Origin: Candidatus Anoxymicrobiaceae bacterium
GTDB taxonomy: Bacteria > Actinomycetota > Geothermincolia > Fen-727 > Anoxymicrobiaceae
DNA: 64,000 nt
Direction: 5' to 3'
Assembly (NCBI GenBank): GCA_036845225.1
Contig: DAIUEJ010000007.1
Coordinates: 6,578-70,577, forward strand
Below are positions 26,901-36,154 of the stretch, in pieces. A model generated the notes under the pieces. The model searched no databases. It saw nothing but the letters and a program-made list of their open reading frames with translations, and was not told the origin of the DNA. How positions within the stretch are numbered: the first letter of the stretch is position 1; every line of letters starts with the position of its first letter. A program made the position numbers and the translations under genes.

Positions 26901-29195
26901 GGCGAAGTCGCCATGGTGCCCGCGGTTCCCAACAACGGCCTGCCGGCCAGCTGGCCGACAGACGGCCGTGACGGAGGCGTGCCTGACCCGGCCTCGAGCG
27001 GACCGGCCATGGTGCAGATCGGCAACGAAGGGGGCTTCCTCCCGCAGGCGGCCGTACTGCCCAACACGCCGGTAGGATACATCTATAACCGCAGGGACAT
27101 CACGGTCCTGAACGTGTCCAACAAGACGCTGATGCTGGGGCCGGCCGAGAGGGCCGACGTCATCATCGACTTCTCCAAGATCCCCGACGGCACCAAGCTC
27201 ATCATGTACAACGACGCTCCGGCTCCGGTACCGGCGTTCGACCCGCGCATCGACTACTACACGGGCGGACCGGACCTGACCTCTTCAGGTGGAGCGCCCA
27301 CCACGCTTCCGGGCTACGGCCCGAACACGAGGACGGTCATGCAATTCCAGGTGTCCTCGAGCGTGAAGACCGGGATGACGGGATTCAACGTGAACACGCT
27401 GATGAACCACCTGCCGGCAGCCTACGCGACGTACCAGGAGAAGCCGATAGTGCCGAACGCGGCCTACAACGCGGCGTTTAACGCGGCCTACCCTGCCGAT
27501 TCCTACTCGAGGATCCAGGACACCACGAAGGACTTCTTCAATGGCCCGCTTGCCGGCCTTGCCGTGACGAACATGGGAAGCGGCTATACCTCGGCACCGG
27601 GAGTCAACATCACCGGAGGCGGAGGGACGGGCGCTACAGGAGTGTCCGAGATATCGGGTGTCACATCGATTGCGATAACCAACGGGGGGAGCGGCTATAC
27701 CGTTCCTCCGGACATCGGCTTCACTGGCGGAGGAGGCGGTTCGGGAGCCGCGGCTACCGCGCTGATCTCGGGTGTCACGGGATTCACCATTACGAACTTT
27801 GGAACGGGCTATACCTCGCCTCCTGATGTCACAATCACTGGCGGAGGCGGGTCGGGGGCCACCGCGGTCGCTACCGTGGCGAACGGGTCAATCACGGCTG
27901 TCAACCTCACGAACGGCGGCAGCGGTTACTCGACGCCACCGACCGTCACGTTCACAGGCGGGGGTATCGGCCCCAACGGCGCCGCCGCAACCGCCAATAT
28001 CGCGGTCGGCTCGGTTACGGGGATCATCATCACCGACTCGGGCGGCAACTACACGGTCGCGCCCGGTGTGGCCTTCTCCGGGGGCGGCGGCGGTATAAAC
28101 GCGGCCGCGAATGCGTCGATAACGGTGGGCGCGGTCACCTGGGTGAAACTCACCAACCCGGGCAACAACTACTCCTCGGCGCCAACTGTGGCGCTGTCCG
28201 GAGGAGGAGGCGCCAATGCCACGGCGGTAGCGTTGCCGATCCACATGGACCTGACGCCGAAGGCGATCCAGGAGCTGTTCGATCCGTTCTACGGGCGGAT
28301 GAACGCTCAGTTGGGTGTCGAAATACCCAACACTACGATGATCACGCAGACGACTATCCCATACTTCGATACCGATCCCCCGACGGAGCTCATCAAGAAC
28401 TCCGACGCGGCGCAGCCTATCGGCTCGCTGGCGGACGGGACCCAGATCTGGAAGATCACACATAACGGTGTGGACACGCACGCCATCCACTGGCACATGT
28501 TCAACGTCCAGTTGATCAACCGCGTCGGATGGGACGGAATGGTGAAACCGCCGGACGCGAACGAAGTCGGTTGGAAAGAGACCGTGCGGATGAACCCGCT
28601 CGAGGACGTGATCGTGGCTCTCAGGCCGATCAAGCCCAACATCCCGTGGGACATCCCTAACAGCATACGGTTGCTCGACCCGACGATGCCACTGAACAGC
28701 ACGATTAACTTCACGAGCATGGACCCGGCAGGTCAGCCCGCGCCAGTCCTCAACCACGAGATAAACTACGGCTGGGAGTACGTGTGGCACTGCCACCTGC
28801 TCGGCCACGAGGAGAATCTCATGATGCGCCCGATGTCCTTCGGAGAGGCGCCGATAGCGGCCAGCGGCCTGAGCGGCGCCGGACCGGCGGGCGGAGTCGC
28901 GCTCTCGTGGACCGACAACTCCAAGAACGAGACCAACTGGACGATCATGCGGTCAACGAGTCTGACCGGGCCGTTTGCCAAGATCGACCAGGTGGCATCG
29001 ACAACGGGGCCTGCCACAGGCGGGACGATAAACTACACCGACACCACGGCGGCAGCCGCGACGACTTACTACTACCAGATAATCGCAAACAACATCATCG
29101 GGGATACCACACCTTACACGGCGCCGGTCGTCGGGTATCCGAACATGTCGATGGATGCGACGGCGTCCAACACGGCGACGGTGGTCGTGCCCTGA
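23967..29195 (+). CDS. Very large secreted multicopper oxidase (OmpB/CotA-like) with 4 N-terminal ~111-aa repeats, 6 Gly-rich repeats and a C-terminal FN3-like domain
   Basis: Signal peptide; Cu motifs HLHG (~26088), YHDH (~26280), HAIHWH (~28479), WHCHLLGHEENLM (~28785); LSWTDNSKNET...YYYQI at the C-terminus. Confidence 0.92.
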   Translation: MHHSRKPATRTIAPILAFLLVAAFFLAGAGPIAAKPTPAAPKAQTQPAANPAQSPVRTQDSKRTTAADRQAAADRAQAQGLTPGVAKSGGAVPTPGGVPDYFGPYPNYANSPLPTAIAAFPYPTFYFAEGTTRPNFETYFTIQNPGTKTANVRLTYMRGNGQNAVVTVAVPKNTRSTINPVSTLGSADDAAHDFSTKVESLNKVQVIVERPMYFNYKGVWTGGSDAVGATATASAFYFAEGTCRPNFDAYFTIQNPGNNNAIIQLTYMKGDGTVVTQGFGVTAHTRGTVHPADTLGVGDDAAHDFSTSIVCTNGQKIVAERPQYFNYKGVWTGGHDVVGATAGAKQYYFAEGTSRPNFIPYLTIQNPNAGSVPVKITYFMADGTRKTQNMTLAPHSRSTAIPSDIIGSGDVGHDFSSKVESTNGKNIIVERPMYFNYNNAWTGGSDVMGATASAPAYYFAEGTSRPNFDPYLCILNPGDTVANLTITYMKGNSTTSTQLISVPAFSRGTISIREKTGTGNDAAHDFSIRAECTNGQRVIVERPMYFNYNGVWNGGHDAVGLAYQAVGVQTGTGVRKFVDSLPGLGAANANDLGQYIPVAVPDKTSFPGSDYYEIQLGQYREKLHKDLPSTLLRGYRQTNSSNPSVTKFSYLGPTIIAQKGRPVRVKFTNSLPTGAGGNLFIPVDTTVMGAGMGPDGVNGYTENRAVIHLHGGNTPWISDGTMHQWITPAGETTPYPQGVSVQSVPDMPQPTVGDGTETFYYTNQQSARLMFYHDHAYGITRLNVYAGEAAPYLLQDSTETSLINSKSIPADQIPLVIQDKTFVPAPAQLAAEDPTWDTSKYGGKGNLWFPHVYMPNQNPGSIDGANAMGRWDYGPWFWPPFTGITNGPVANPYYDPVNAPWEPKVIPGTPNPSIVPEGFMDTPLVNGTAYPYVKVGPKAYRFRILNASNDRTLNLQMYFAKSNGQMWKSNGTLTDGDAGEVAMVPAVPNNGLPASWPTDGRDGGVPDPASSGPAMVQIGNEGGFLPQAAVLPNTPVGYIYNRRDITVLNVSNKTLMLGPAERADVIIDFSKIPDGTKLIMYNDAPAPVPAFDPRIDYYTGGPDLTSSGGAPTTLPGYGPNTRTVMQFQVSSSVKTGMTGFNVNTLMNHLPAAYATYQEKPIVPNAAYNAAFNAAYPADSYSRIQDTTKDFFNGPLAGLAVTNMGSGYTSAPGVNITGGGGTGATGVSEISGVTSIAITNGGSGYTVPPDIGFTGGGGGSGAAATALISGVTGFTITNFGTGYTSPPDVTITGGGGSGATAVATVANGSITAVNLTNGGSGYSTPPTVTFTGGGIGPNGAAATANIAVGSVTGIIITDSGGNYTVAPGVAFSGGGGGINAAANASITVGAVTWVKLTNPGNNYSSAPTVALSGGGGANATAVALPIHMDLTPKAIQELFDPFYGRMNAQLGVEIPNTTMITQTTIPYFDTDPPTELIKNSDAAQPIGSLADGTQIWKITHNGVDTHAIHWHMFNVQLINRVGWDGMVKPPDANEVGWKETVRMNPLEDVIVALRPIKPNIPWDIPNSIRLLDPTMPLNSTINFTSMDPAGQPAPVLNHEINYGWEYVWHCHLLGHEENLMMRPMSFGEAPIAASGLSGAGPAGGVALSWTDNSKNETNWTIMRSTSLTGPFAKIDQVASTTGPATGGTINYTDTTAAAATTYYYQIIANNIIGDTTPYTAPVVGYPNMSMDATASNTATVVVP

Positions 29196-29227
29196 TGTCG
29201 ACAAGGCGTTGAACGCCTGAAAGTGAC

Positions 29228-29258
29228 GCGCCCGCCTTTCGAGGCGGGCGCTTCCCTT
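29228..29258 (+). terminator. Intrinsic terminator-like hairpin between convergent genes
   Basis: GCGCCCGCCT-TTCG-AGGCGGGCGC followed by TTCCCTTT. Confidence 0.75.
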
Positions 29259-29271
29259 TGAGCGGGCGTGC

Positions 29272-30039
29272 TCAGTCCGGCTGTTCGCTGGTGCGCTCGG
29301 GAAGAAGGAGTATCGCGCCGACCTGGAAACAGAGTGCGCCCACGAAAGTCCCGAGGTTCACGAGCATCTTATTCACGTCGTTGCCCGTGGTAGGCACGAT
29401 GTATGAGGCGGCGGCGGAGACGCCGAAGGCGAATGACCCGGCGAAGTTGAGATAAACGATCCACCATGAGAGCGTGCGTGGCCTGAGGGACCTCGCGGCG
29501 CGCCCGAGCTCGAACCACGCCAGGAGGCTCGCGATGAGGAAGCAGATAGAGCCGAAGGCGTCGGGCTTCCAGACCAGCTTGTCGACCTGCGTTCCGGAGA
29601 GGCTGGTGTTGATCGCCATGAGAGTGCTCACGTTGAAATAGATAGTGCCCGCCAGCTGGATAAGGCACGCCCACCAGGCGTAGCTCTTCGGTTCGAGAGC
29701 CAGCACGCGGAGCCGCTGCTTGCCTTCGGCGTGCAGTTCCTTGCGCCGTACGTTTATTGCCTCGAGGAACTGGAGAGCGGCAGCGGTCGTAAAGAAGATC
29801 GACCCGATGAAGAAAGTGATCGCATCGGTTTTGTTGCCGACCTTGTAGACATAGCCCGGCGCCGCGCCCAGCGCGAAGAAGCCCGCGCCGATCGCAAAGA
29901 GGACCCCTATCCACCAGCCGACGGCGCCCGGCGCCCACCAGGTGCCGCCCTTCCCCGTATCGAGAAGCGAATGGAGCTTGCGCGCCTCCCGGGGGGCCCA
30001 GCGCGTGGAAAGAGCCGGCGCAGATTGATCGACGCTCAT
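29272..30039 (-). CDS. YrhK-like integral membrane protein
   Basis: FAIGAGFFALG, FFIGSIFFTTAA, GSICFLIAS and NLGTFVGALCFQVG repeated-helix pattern. Confidence 0.65.
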   Translation of the reverse strand: MSVDQSAPALSTRWAPREARKLHSLLDTGKGGTWWAPGAVGWWIGVLFAIGAGFFALGAAPGYVYKVGNKTDAITFFIGSIFFTTAAALQFLEAINVRRKELHAEGKQRLRVLALEPKSYAWWACLIQLAGTIYFNVSTLMAINTSLSGTQVDKLVWKPDAFGSICFLIASLLAWFELGRAARSLRPRTLSWWIVYLNFAGSFAFGVSAAASYIVPTTGNDVNKMLVNLGTFVGALCFQVGAILLLPERTSEQPD

Positions 30040-30054
30040 GCCCGCCCGTCCCCG

Positions 30055-31110
30055 CTATTTGAGCCCGCGCTCGGCAGAGATCTTCATCTGCATCTCGAGG
30101 AAGTTGGCAGGCGGTGCCGCGGCTTCAGACTTCGCGACGAGCGAGACCGCTTCCACGGGGCACGTCGTCACACAGAGTCCGCAACCGATGCAGCGGGCCG
30201 TGTCGACCTCCATGAAGTCGTCGCCCTCGATGACGGCTTCGATCTGGCAACGCTCGACGCAGGTCGCGCACGCGGTGCACTCCTCGGAGTCGATCCTCGC
30301 CTGGAACGTGGAGCCGGCGTGGTCCGCCGGGCGCTCGTAGGTCCTGAGCGCGCGCAGGTTGCCGCACGAGTCGCCGCAGCAGATGCAGATGTTCATTACC
30401 GCCTGGGAGTTGCTGGGGGAGACGACCATGCCTTCTTTCTCGGCGTTGTCGAGTATCTTGAGGCACTCGTCGAGAGAGATCTCCCGACCGATGCCGTTCT
30501 CGATGTAGTAGTCGGCGGCCATGCCGAAGGTCATGCAATTCTCGAGCGTGTGGTCGCAGCCCTTGCCGACGAGGAGCCTCTCCTTGCGGCATATGCAGTC
30601 CGCGACCGCGATCTTGTCCTGCGCCTTCACGAGTTCGCGGGCGACGTCGTAGGTAGCGACAGTGGTAGAGGTGTCCAGCGCTGCCCCGACCGGTACGACC
30701 CTCAACTGCTTGGTGGGCACGTCTTCCCAGGTTCTGGTGAGGTAAGGCGTGTACTCCTCGAGCAGTTCGGCGAGCTCACGGTCCATGGACCCGACGTGGA
30801 ACTCGTAGATGCCGACGAGGAACTGTTGCGCCATGTAGTATGGCACGCCCTCGATGCGCAGGCGGTAGATGCTGCCCTCGCTGGCCATCTTCTCGAGGCG
30901 GGGCGCCAGTTCGGATTCCTCGGCGCCAATGCGCTCGGCGATGGACGCGACGGACTCGGGCACTCTCTGGAGTTGCAGAACCAGTTCCGCCTCCTCGGGG
31001 GTGAAGTACCTCTGAAGGATCTTGAGCTCGACGCCGGTGTCCGTGGCGGGGAACCCCCCCGGCAGATTGTCGAGGAACACGCGCAGCTTCTGGTAAACGT
31101 CTTCGGCCAT
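30055..31110 (-). CDS. 4Fe-4S dicluster-binding protein with N-terminal winged-helix region
   Basis: GAGGAGG SD before ATG 31110; DCICRK, ICICCGDSC, CTACATCVERC and CIGCGLCVTTCP. Confidence 0.88.
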   Translation of the reverse strand: MAEDVYQKLRVFLDNLPGGFPATDTGVELKILQRYFTPEEAELVLQLQRVPESVASIAERIGAEESELAPRLEKMASEGSIYRLRIEGVPYYMAQQFLVGIYEFHVGSMDRELAELLEEYTPYLTRTWEDVPTKQLRVVPVGAALDTSTTVATYDVARELVKAQDKIAVADCICRKERLLVGKGCDHTLENCMTFGMAADYYIENGIGREISLDECLKILDNAEKEGMVVSPSNSQAVMNICICCGDSCGNLRALRTYERPADHAGSTFQARIDSEECTACATCVERCQIEAVIEGDDFMEVDTARCIGCGLCVTTCPVEAVSLVAKSEAAAPPANFLEMQMKISAERGLK

Positions 31111-31174
31111 GTCGACCTCCTCATGACTGGCGGCTGATGATGCGCAGCCGCTCCAGTACAGTTTACATGAGGGA

Positions 31175-31187
31175 GGGGTCAGGCACC
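31175..31187. repeat. Isolated element core GGGGTCAGGCACC
   Basis: Exact core in the divergent intergenic region; arms degenerate. Confidence 0.7.
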
Positions 31188-31266
31188 GTCCACTATTTTG
31201 TCCACCCTTGACCCCTGTCCTGTAACATGGTGAAGACCTGGTGGCTGTGACTCCGGAGTCGCGTCG

Positions 31267-31618
31267 ATGGACGAAGCAAACGCGATATGCCTCAAAGACA
31301 GAAAGCAGTGGCGCTCGTGGCTGCGGAAGAACCACGCCATCGAACGCGAGATCTGGCTGGTCATCTATAAGAAGAACCACCGGCAAGCCTTCCCTCACGT
31401 ATGAGGAAGCGGTCGAGGAGGCCGTCTGCTTCGGGTGGATCGACGGTCGCATGAAGAGCATCGACGACGAGAAGTATATGCAGCGCTATTCGCCGAGGAC
31501 GGCGAAGAGCACATGGTCGGAGTCCAATATCGCGAGAGCCGAGAAGATGATCGCCGAGGGAAAGATGACGGAGGCAGGACTCAGAGCCTACCGGCAGGGA
31601 GTGAAAGGAGGGGTCTGA
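31267..31618 (+). pseudogene. YdeI/OmpD-associated family gene with a frameshift
   Basis: ATG 31267 frame MDEANAICLKDRKQWRSWLRKNH...EIWLVIYKK stops early; a second frame continues GKPSLTYEEAVEEAVCFGWIDG...FSPR-like; shift at about 31375-31382. Confidence 0.8.
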
Positions 31619-31623
31619 GATAC

Positions 31624-31660
31624 CACCCCCACCCCGACCCTCCCCCCTCAAGGGGGAGGG
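31624..31660. repeat. CCCTCCCCC/GGGGGAGGG palindromic repeat
   Basis: 37 nt identical to the reverse complement of 44181-44217. Confidence 0.88.
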
Positions 31661-31769
31661 AGCCAGGATGATGAAAATAATCCTTGCATAACTTGCGGAT
31701 TGCTGTAACATAAACTCCCATCAGTCACTGGTTCAACTTACCGCCTGGCGGTGAGGAGCGGTCTCTAAA

Positions 31770-34460
31770 GTGGCAGGTACCTCTATCCGTATAAACGGCA
31801 AAAGGGTTTCAGCCTACCCGGGCTCAAGGATCATCGACCTCGCTTGCGACCTCGGCGTTCCGATTCCAACCTTGTGCGATCACCCGTTGCTTGCGCCCGC
31901 GGGCTACTGCGGAGTCTGCGTTGTCGAGGACATCGCGAGCGGCAGGCTCGTGACCGCGTGCGACACGCCCGCCAGGCCGGGCATGGATATCAGGACCGAC
32001 TCTCCCCGGGCCCTCGAGGCGCGAAGGCGGACTCTCGAGCTCATCCTCACCAACCACCCCGAGACCTGCGTCATCTGCGAGAAAGGAAACGCCTGCAGGC
32101 TCCGCGATCTTTCCTCGAGCATCGGGCTCGCGCTCTCGAGCGAGAAACGCGTCGGGACCCTGCGCGGGATAGTGGACGCGAACCCGTTCATCCACCGCGA
32201 CCTCTCTAAGTGCATAGGCTGCCAGATATGCGTACGCGCCTGCCGGGAGATACAGGGCGCCGAAGCCGTCGAGTTCACGGGGATCGGCACGGGCAGCATG
32301 CCCCTGACGGCGGAGGACCACGAGCTGGCGGGCTCGGATTGCGAGCTGTGCGGGCTCTGCGTCACCATGTGCCCTGTCGGCGCCCTGATCGAAAAGCCGA
32401 GCAAGCACACCGGTACTGAGGACAGGAGGGCGAACGTCATCTGCCCGTACTGCGGGGTCGGATGCACCCTCGAGCTGAGGATCCGTGAGGACGCGATAGT
32501 CAGCGTGGGAGCGGGCGTCGAGGGCTCGGTCAACGGCCCGAGCCTGTGTGCCAAGGGCAGATACGGGCTGGGTTACGTCGGACACCCCGACCGGCTGAAG
32601 GTGCCCCTGGTACGCGAAGGCGACGAGCTCGTCGAGACGACGTGGGAGGAAGCACTGTCGCGCGTGGCGGCGAACCTGCATCGCATGGTCAAGGATCACG
32701 GCCCCGACTCTGTAGGCGTGCTGGCGTCGGCAAAAGCGACCAACGAGGAGAACTACCTCATCCAGAAATTCGCCCGCGCCTGCATCGGCACCAACAACGT
32801 CGACCACTGCGCGAGGTTGTGACACAGCCCCACCGTCGCCGGTCTGGCGGCAGCGTTCGGCAGCGGAGCCATGACCAATTCGCTCGAGGACCTTGCGGAC
32901 GCCGACGTCATCCTGCTCACAGGTAGCAACACCATCGAGAACCATCCCGTCATCGCGCAGATGATCAAGACCGCTGTCCTGTCGGGCGGCACCCGGCTCA
33001 TCGTGAGCGACCCGAGGGACATCTCGATGGCACGATACGCCGAGGTGAGGCTCAGCCCGAGGCCCGGAACGGACGTCGCATGGCTCAACGGGATGGCCAA
33101 CGTGATATTGAGCGAGGGGCTGGCCGACGAGCGCTTCATACGGGAGCGCACCGAGGGCTCCGACGGGTGGCGCAAGTCGGTGGAGCGCTATACCCCCGAG
33201 TTCGTGCAGAAGATAACGGGCATCAAGCCCGCGGACTTACGAAAGGCGGCTCGCCTCTACGCGTCGGCCGGCGCGGCCGCGATCTACTACGCCATGGGCA
33301 TCACCCAGCACTCGACGGGCACCGATAACGTCAAGGCGATCGCAAACCTCGCGATGCTCACGGGCAACATCGGCAGGCCGGGCACGGGAGTCAACCCGTT
33401 GCGCGGCCAGAACAACGTGCAGGGCGCCTGCGATATGGGCGCGCTGCCCAACGTCTTCCCCGGCTACCAGCGGGTCGACGATGACGTGGTCCGGGGCAAG
33501 TTTGAGAAAGCCTGGGGCGTGAAGCTCCCCTCGAAGCCGGGGCTCACCGTAACCGAGATGATTGGTGCCGCCGCCAAGGGCAAGCTCAAGGCAATGTACA
33601 TCGTCGGAGAGAACCCGGTGCTGACCGAGCCGGACGCAAACCATGCCGTCGCGGCTCTCGGAAAGCTCGACTTCCTCGTCGTCCAGGACATATTCCTCAC
33701 CGAAACGGCGGCTCTCGCCGACGTTGTGCTGCCCGGTGCGGCCTCGGTTGAAAAGGAAGGGACCTTCACCAACACGGAGCGCATGGTCCAGAGGTCGCGC
33801 GCGGCCGTGCCCGCTCCCGGAGAGGCGCGCAGCGATGCCGACATAATCTGCGCCGTCGCGGGCCAGATGAAGTGCGCCATGACCTGCGGCAGTCCCTCGG
33901 ACGTCATGGACGAGATAGCTTCTCTCACGCCTTCGTACGGCGGCATGTCTCACAGCCGGCTTGCGCGGCACGGCATGCGCTGGCCGTGCCCTGATGCAAA
34001 GCACCGCGGCACAAGGATAATGCACTCGCGCGAGTTCACCCGCGGCAAGGGCAGGTTCCATCCCATCGACTACATCGAGCCGGCAGAGATGCCGGACGTC
34101 GATTACCCGTTGATCCTGACCACGGGCAGGATGCTCTACCAGTATCACTCGGGCTCGATGTCGCGCCGCTCGGCCGCGCTGGACGAATACACTCCGGCCG
34201 GCTGGGCTGAGCTGAACCCGAGCGATGCCAGGAGGCTGGGCATACGAGAGGGCGAACCCATCGCTCTGACCTCGCGGAGAGGCTCGGTCCGCACGACCGC
34301 CAGGCTGAGCCGCCGCTCTCCGAAGGGGGTCGTCTTCATGAGCTTCCACTTCGCCGAGGAGGCGGTCAACAAGCTTACGAATCCAGCTCTCGACAAAGAG
34401 GGAAAGATACCTGAGTTCAAGGTCTGCGCGGTCAAGGTCGAGCCTGCCGCGCGCGAGTGA
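31770..34460 (+). CDS. fdhA: Selenocysteine-containing formate dehydrogenase alpha subunit (N-terminal 2Fe-2S/4Fe-4S plus Mo/W-bisPGD domain)
   Basis: In-frame TGA at 32820-32822 in DHCARL-U-HSPTVAGL; the two track ORFs join in frame; CPYCGVGC, RGQNNVQGACDMG and PEFKVCAV motifs. Confidence 0.93.
32823..32856 (+). promoter_or_regulatory. Bacterial SECIS element
   Basis: Hairpin GTCGCC-GGTCT-GGCGGC (32835-32851) 12 nt after the UGA, as in fdhF-type SECIS elements. Confidence 0.85.
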
Positions 34461-36118
34461 GGAGAGGCTTCTTGGATGTACGCGGTCCGGGCAGCGCGCT
34501 GGTCGAGCGGCTGCTCGAGGAGAGCGACAAGAAGGGATTCCTGGACCCCGCCTCCGTGGAGGCGGTGTCCCGCGAGTTCTCGATACCCGCGAGCAGGGCG
34601 TACTCCATCGCGGGACAACTGGAGCATTTCCACTTCGCGCCCACCCCCAAGGGGACGACAAGCGTCTGCGCCGGCCCGGCATGCGAGCTGGCAGGCTCGG
34701 CGGACGTCGCGAGCGCGCTGAAGGCCCTGCCGGGAGCGAACCCGATCCCTTTGCTCGGCAGCCCCATCTGGCACACGCCCGTCCTGGCGATGGTGCCGGG
34801 CAGGAGGGGATCGATGCCCCGCAGGGTGGGAGTAGAGGCGGCATCATCCATGGGCGATCTCCAGAGGTCTCCACTGGCGACAAGCGCGGAACCGGCGAAA
34901 GAGCTGCTTACCGGGAGCGGCGAGCTGCTGGGCGGCCTCAAGCGCCGGCGCTCGGCGGCTGACTACTTCAAGTCGGACGCGCGGCGGTTTGCCAATTTCA
35001 TGGAGCAGAATACGGGCGCGGAAGTCCGGAGCGACATCCGGTCCTCGCGAATCGTGGACACCGCGACCGGGCACGAGATCGCGGACATCATCGAGACGCT
35101 GGGGCGCTCCGAGGTGGCCGAGAGGATGGTCGTGTGCGACGCGGGCGGCCGGGAGCCGGAGAACGACGCCGCGCCGGTCCTCGCGTGGATCGACCCGATG
35201 GGCGTGGTCGAAGGGATGCTCCTCGCCGCGCACGCCTCGGGAGCCGGGCGCGCACTGCTATTTGTGCCGCACGAGCACGCCGGGCTCAGGGAGTCGTTCG
35301 CCAGGGCCTTGCGGGACCTCGAGAGCGAGAGCCTCTGGCCCGCGGTCGAGGTCGGGATGTTTTCCGGGCCTAACTTCGTGCCGACCGACCGCGAGATCGG
35401 GATTGCCTCGCTGTACGGCGGGCTGACCCTGAGCGAGGGAGCGACCCGCGCCTCCGAATCTCGCGCGCGGCTCTGGGGCGCTCACGTTCTGATGTCCGAC
35501 CCGGAGGCTTTCCTGAGGCTCTCGCGCAGGGCTTCGGGCGGCCCGAAGGCGACGGCGGCCAGGATCGTGTCGGTCGGGGGACGGGTGAAGGCGCCTTGCG
35601 TCGCCGAAGCCTCTCTCACCGCCACGGTGGGTGAATTCCTCGGCGAGTCCACCGGCGGGTTCCCCGAGGGCAGCGTCGTGAAAGCCCTCCACTTCGGAGG
35701 CGTCTACGGCGGCCCGCTCAGGCCTGTCGCATTGAACTCCAGGCTGCGAAGCCTCTTCGGCCGGCTGGACGGCGGAGGAAGCGGCCAGATACTCGTGATC
35801 GACCGGGACACCTGCATGGTCCGCTGGAGCGAATACTTCTCCTGGCTGGGCGAGCGTCTCTGCTGCGGAGCCTGCGTCACGGGAAGGCTCGGCCCTTCAT
35901 ACGTGAGGCGTCTCATCAGGAAGATCACCGACGGTCGCGGCGAGCTCGCCGACCTCGAGGACATACGGGCCACCATCGAGCTCATGAAGGAGACCGCGCT
36001 CTGTCCGCAGGGCGGCAGGGTGCTGAACCCCGTCCTGGTCTGCCTCGAGAACTTCTCCGGGGAGTTCGAGGAACACATCATCGAAAAGAAATGCCAGGCG
36101 CACGTCTGCTGGCCGTAG
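34457..36118 (+). CDS. Fused NuoE/NuoF (HydC/HydB)-like subunit, degenerate
   Basis: VCAGPAC (NuoE-like), DPMGVVEGML, GGVYGGPL, CCGACVTGR...ALCPQG, and HIIEKKCQAHVC; GTGA overlap with fdhA. Confidence 0.8.
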   Translation: MRRGFLDVRGPGSALVERLLEESDKKGFLDPASVEAVSREFSIPASRAYSIAGQLEHFHFAPTPKGTTSVCAGPACELAGSADVASALKALPGANPIPLLGSPIWHTPVLAMVPGRRGSMPRRVGVEAASSMGDLQRSPLATSAEPAKELLTGSGELLGGLKRRRSAADYFKSDARRFANFMEQNTGAEVRSDIRSSRIVDTATGHEIADIIETLGRSEVAERMVVCDAGGREPENDAAPVLAWIDPMGVVEGMLLAAHASGAGRALLFVPHEHAGLRESFARALRDLESESLWPAVEVGMFSGPNFVPTDREIGIASLYGGLTLSEGATRASESRARLWGAHVLMSDPEAFLRLSRRASGGPKATAARIVSVGGRVKAPCVAEASLTATVGEFLGESTGGFPEGSVVKALHFGGVYGGPLRPVALNSRLRSLFGRLDGGGSGQILVIDRDTCMVRWSEYFSWLGERLCCGACVTGRLGPSYVRRLIRKITDGRGELADLEDIRATIELMKETALCPQGGRVLNPVLVCLENFSGEFEEHIIEKKCQAHVCWP

Positions 36119-36154
36119 CGCCCGATCCGGCGAGTGGAACGCTAAGGAGTTGAG

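Noticed and set aside
32871-34460. Separate 529-aa gene
   Set aside because: It is the in-frame continuation of fdhA after the Sec UGA.
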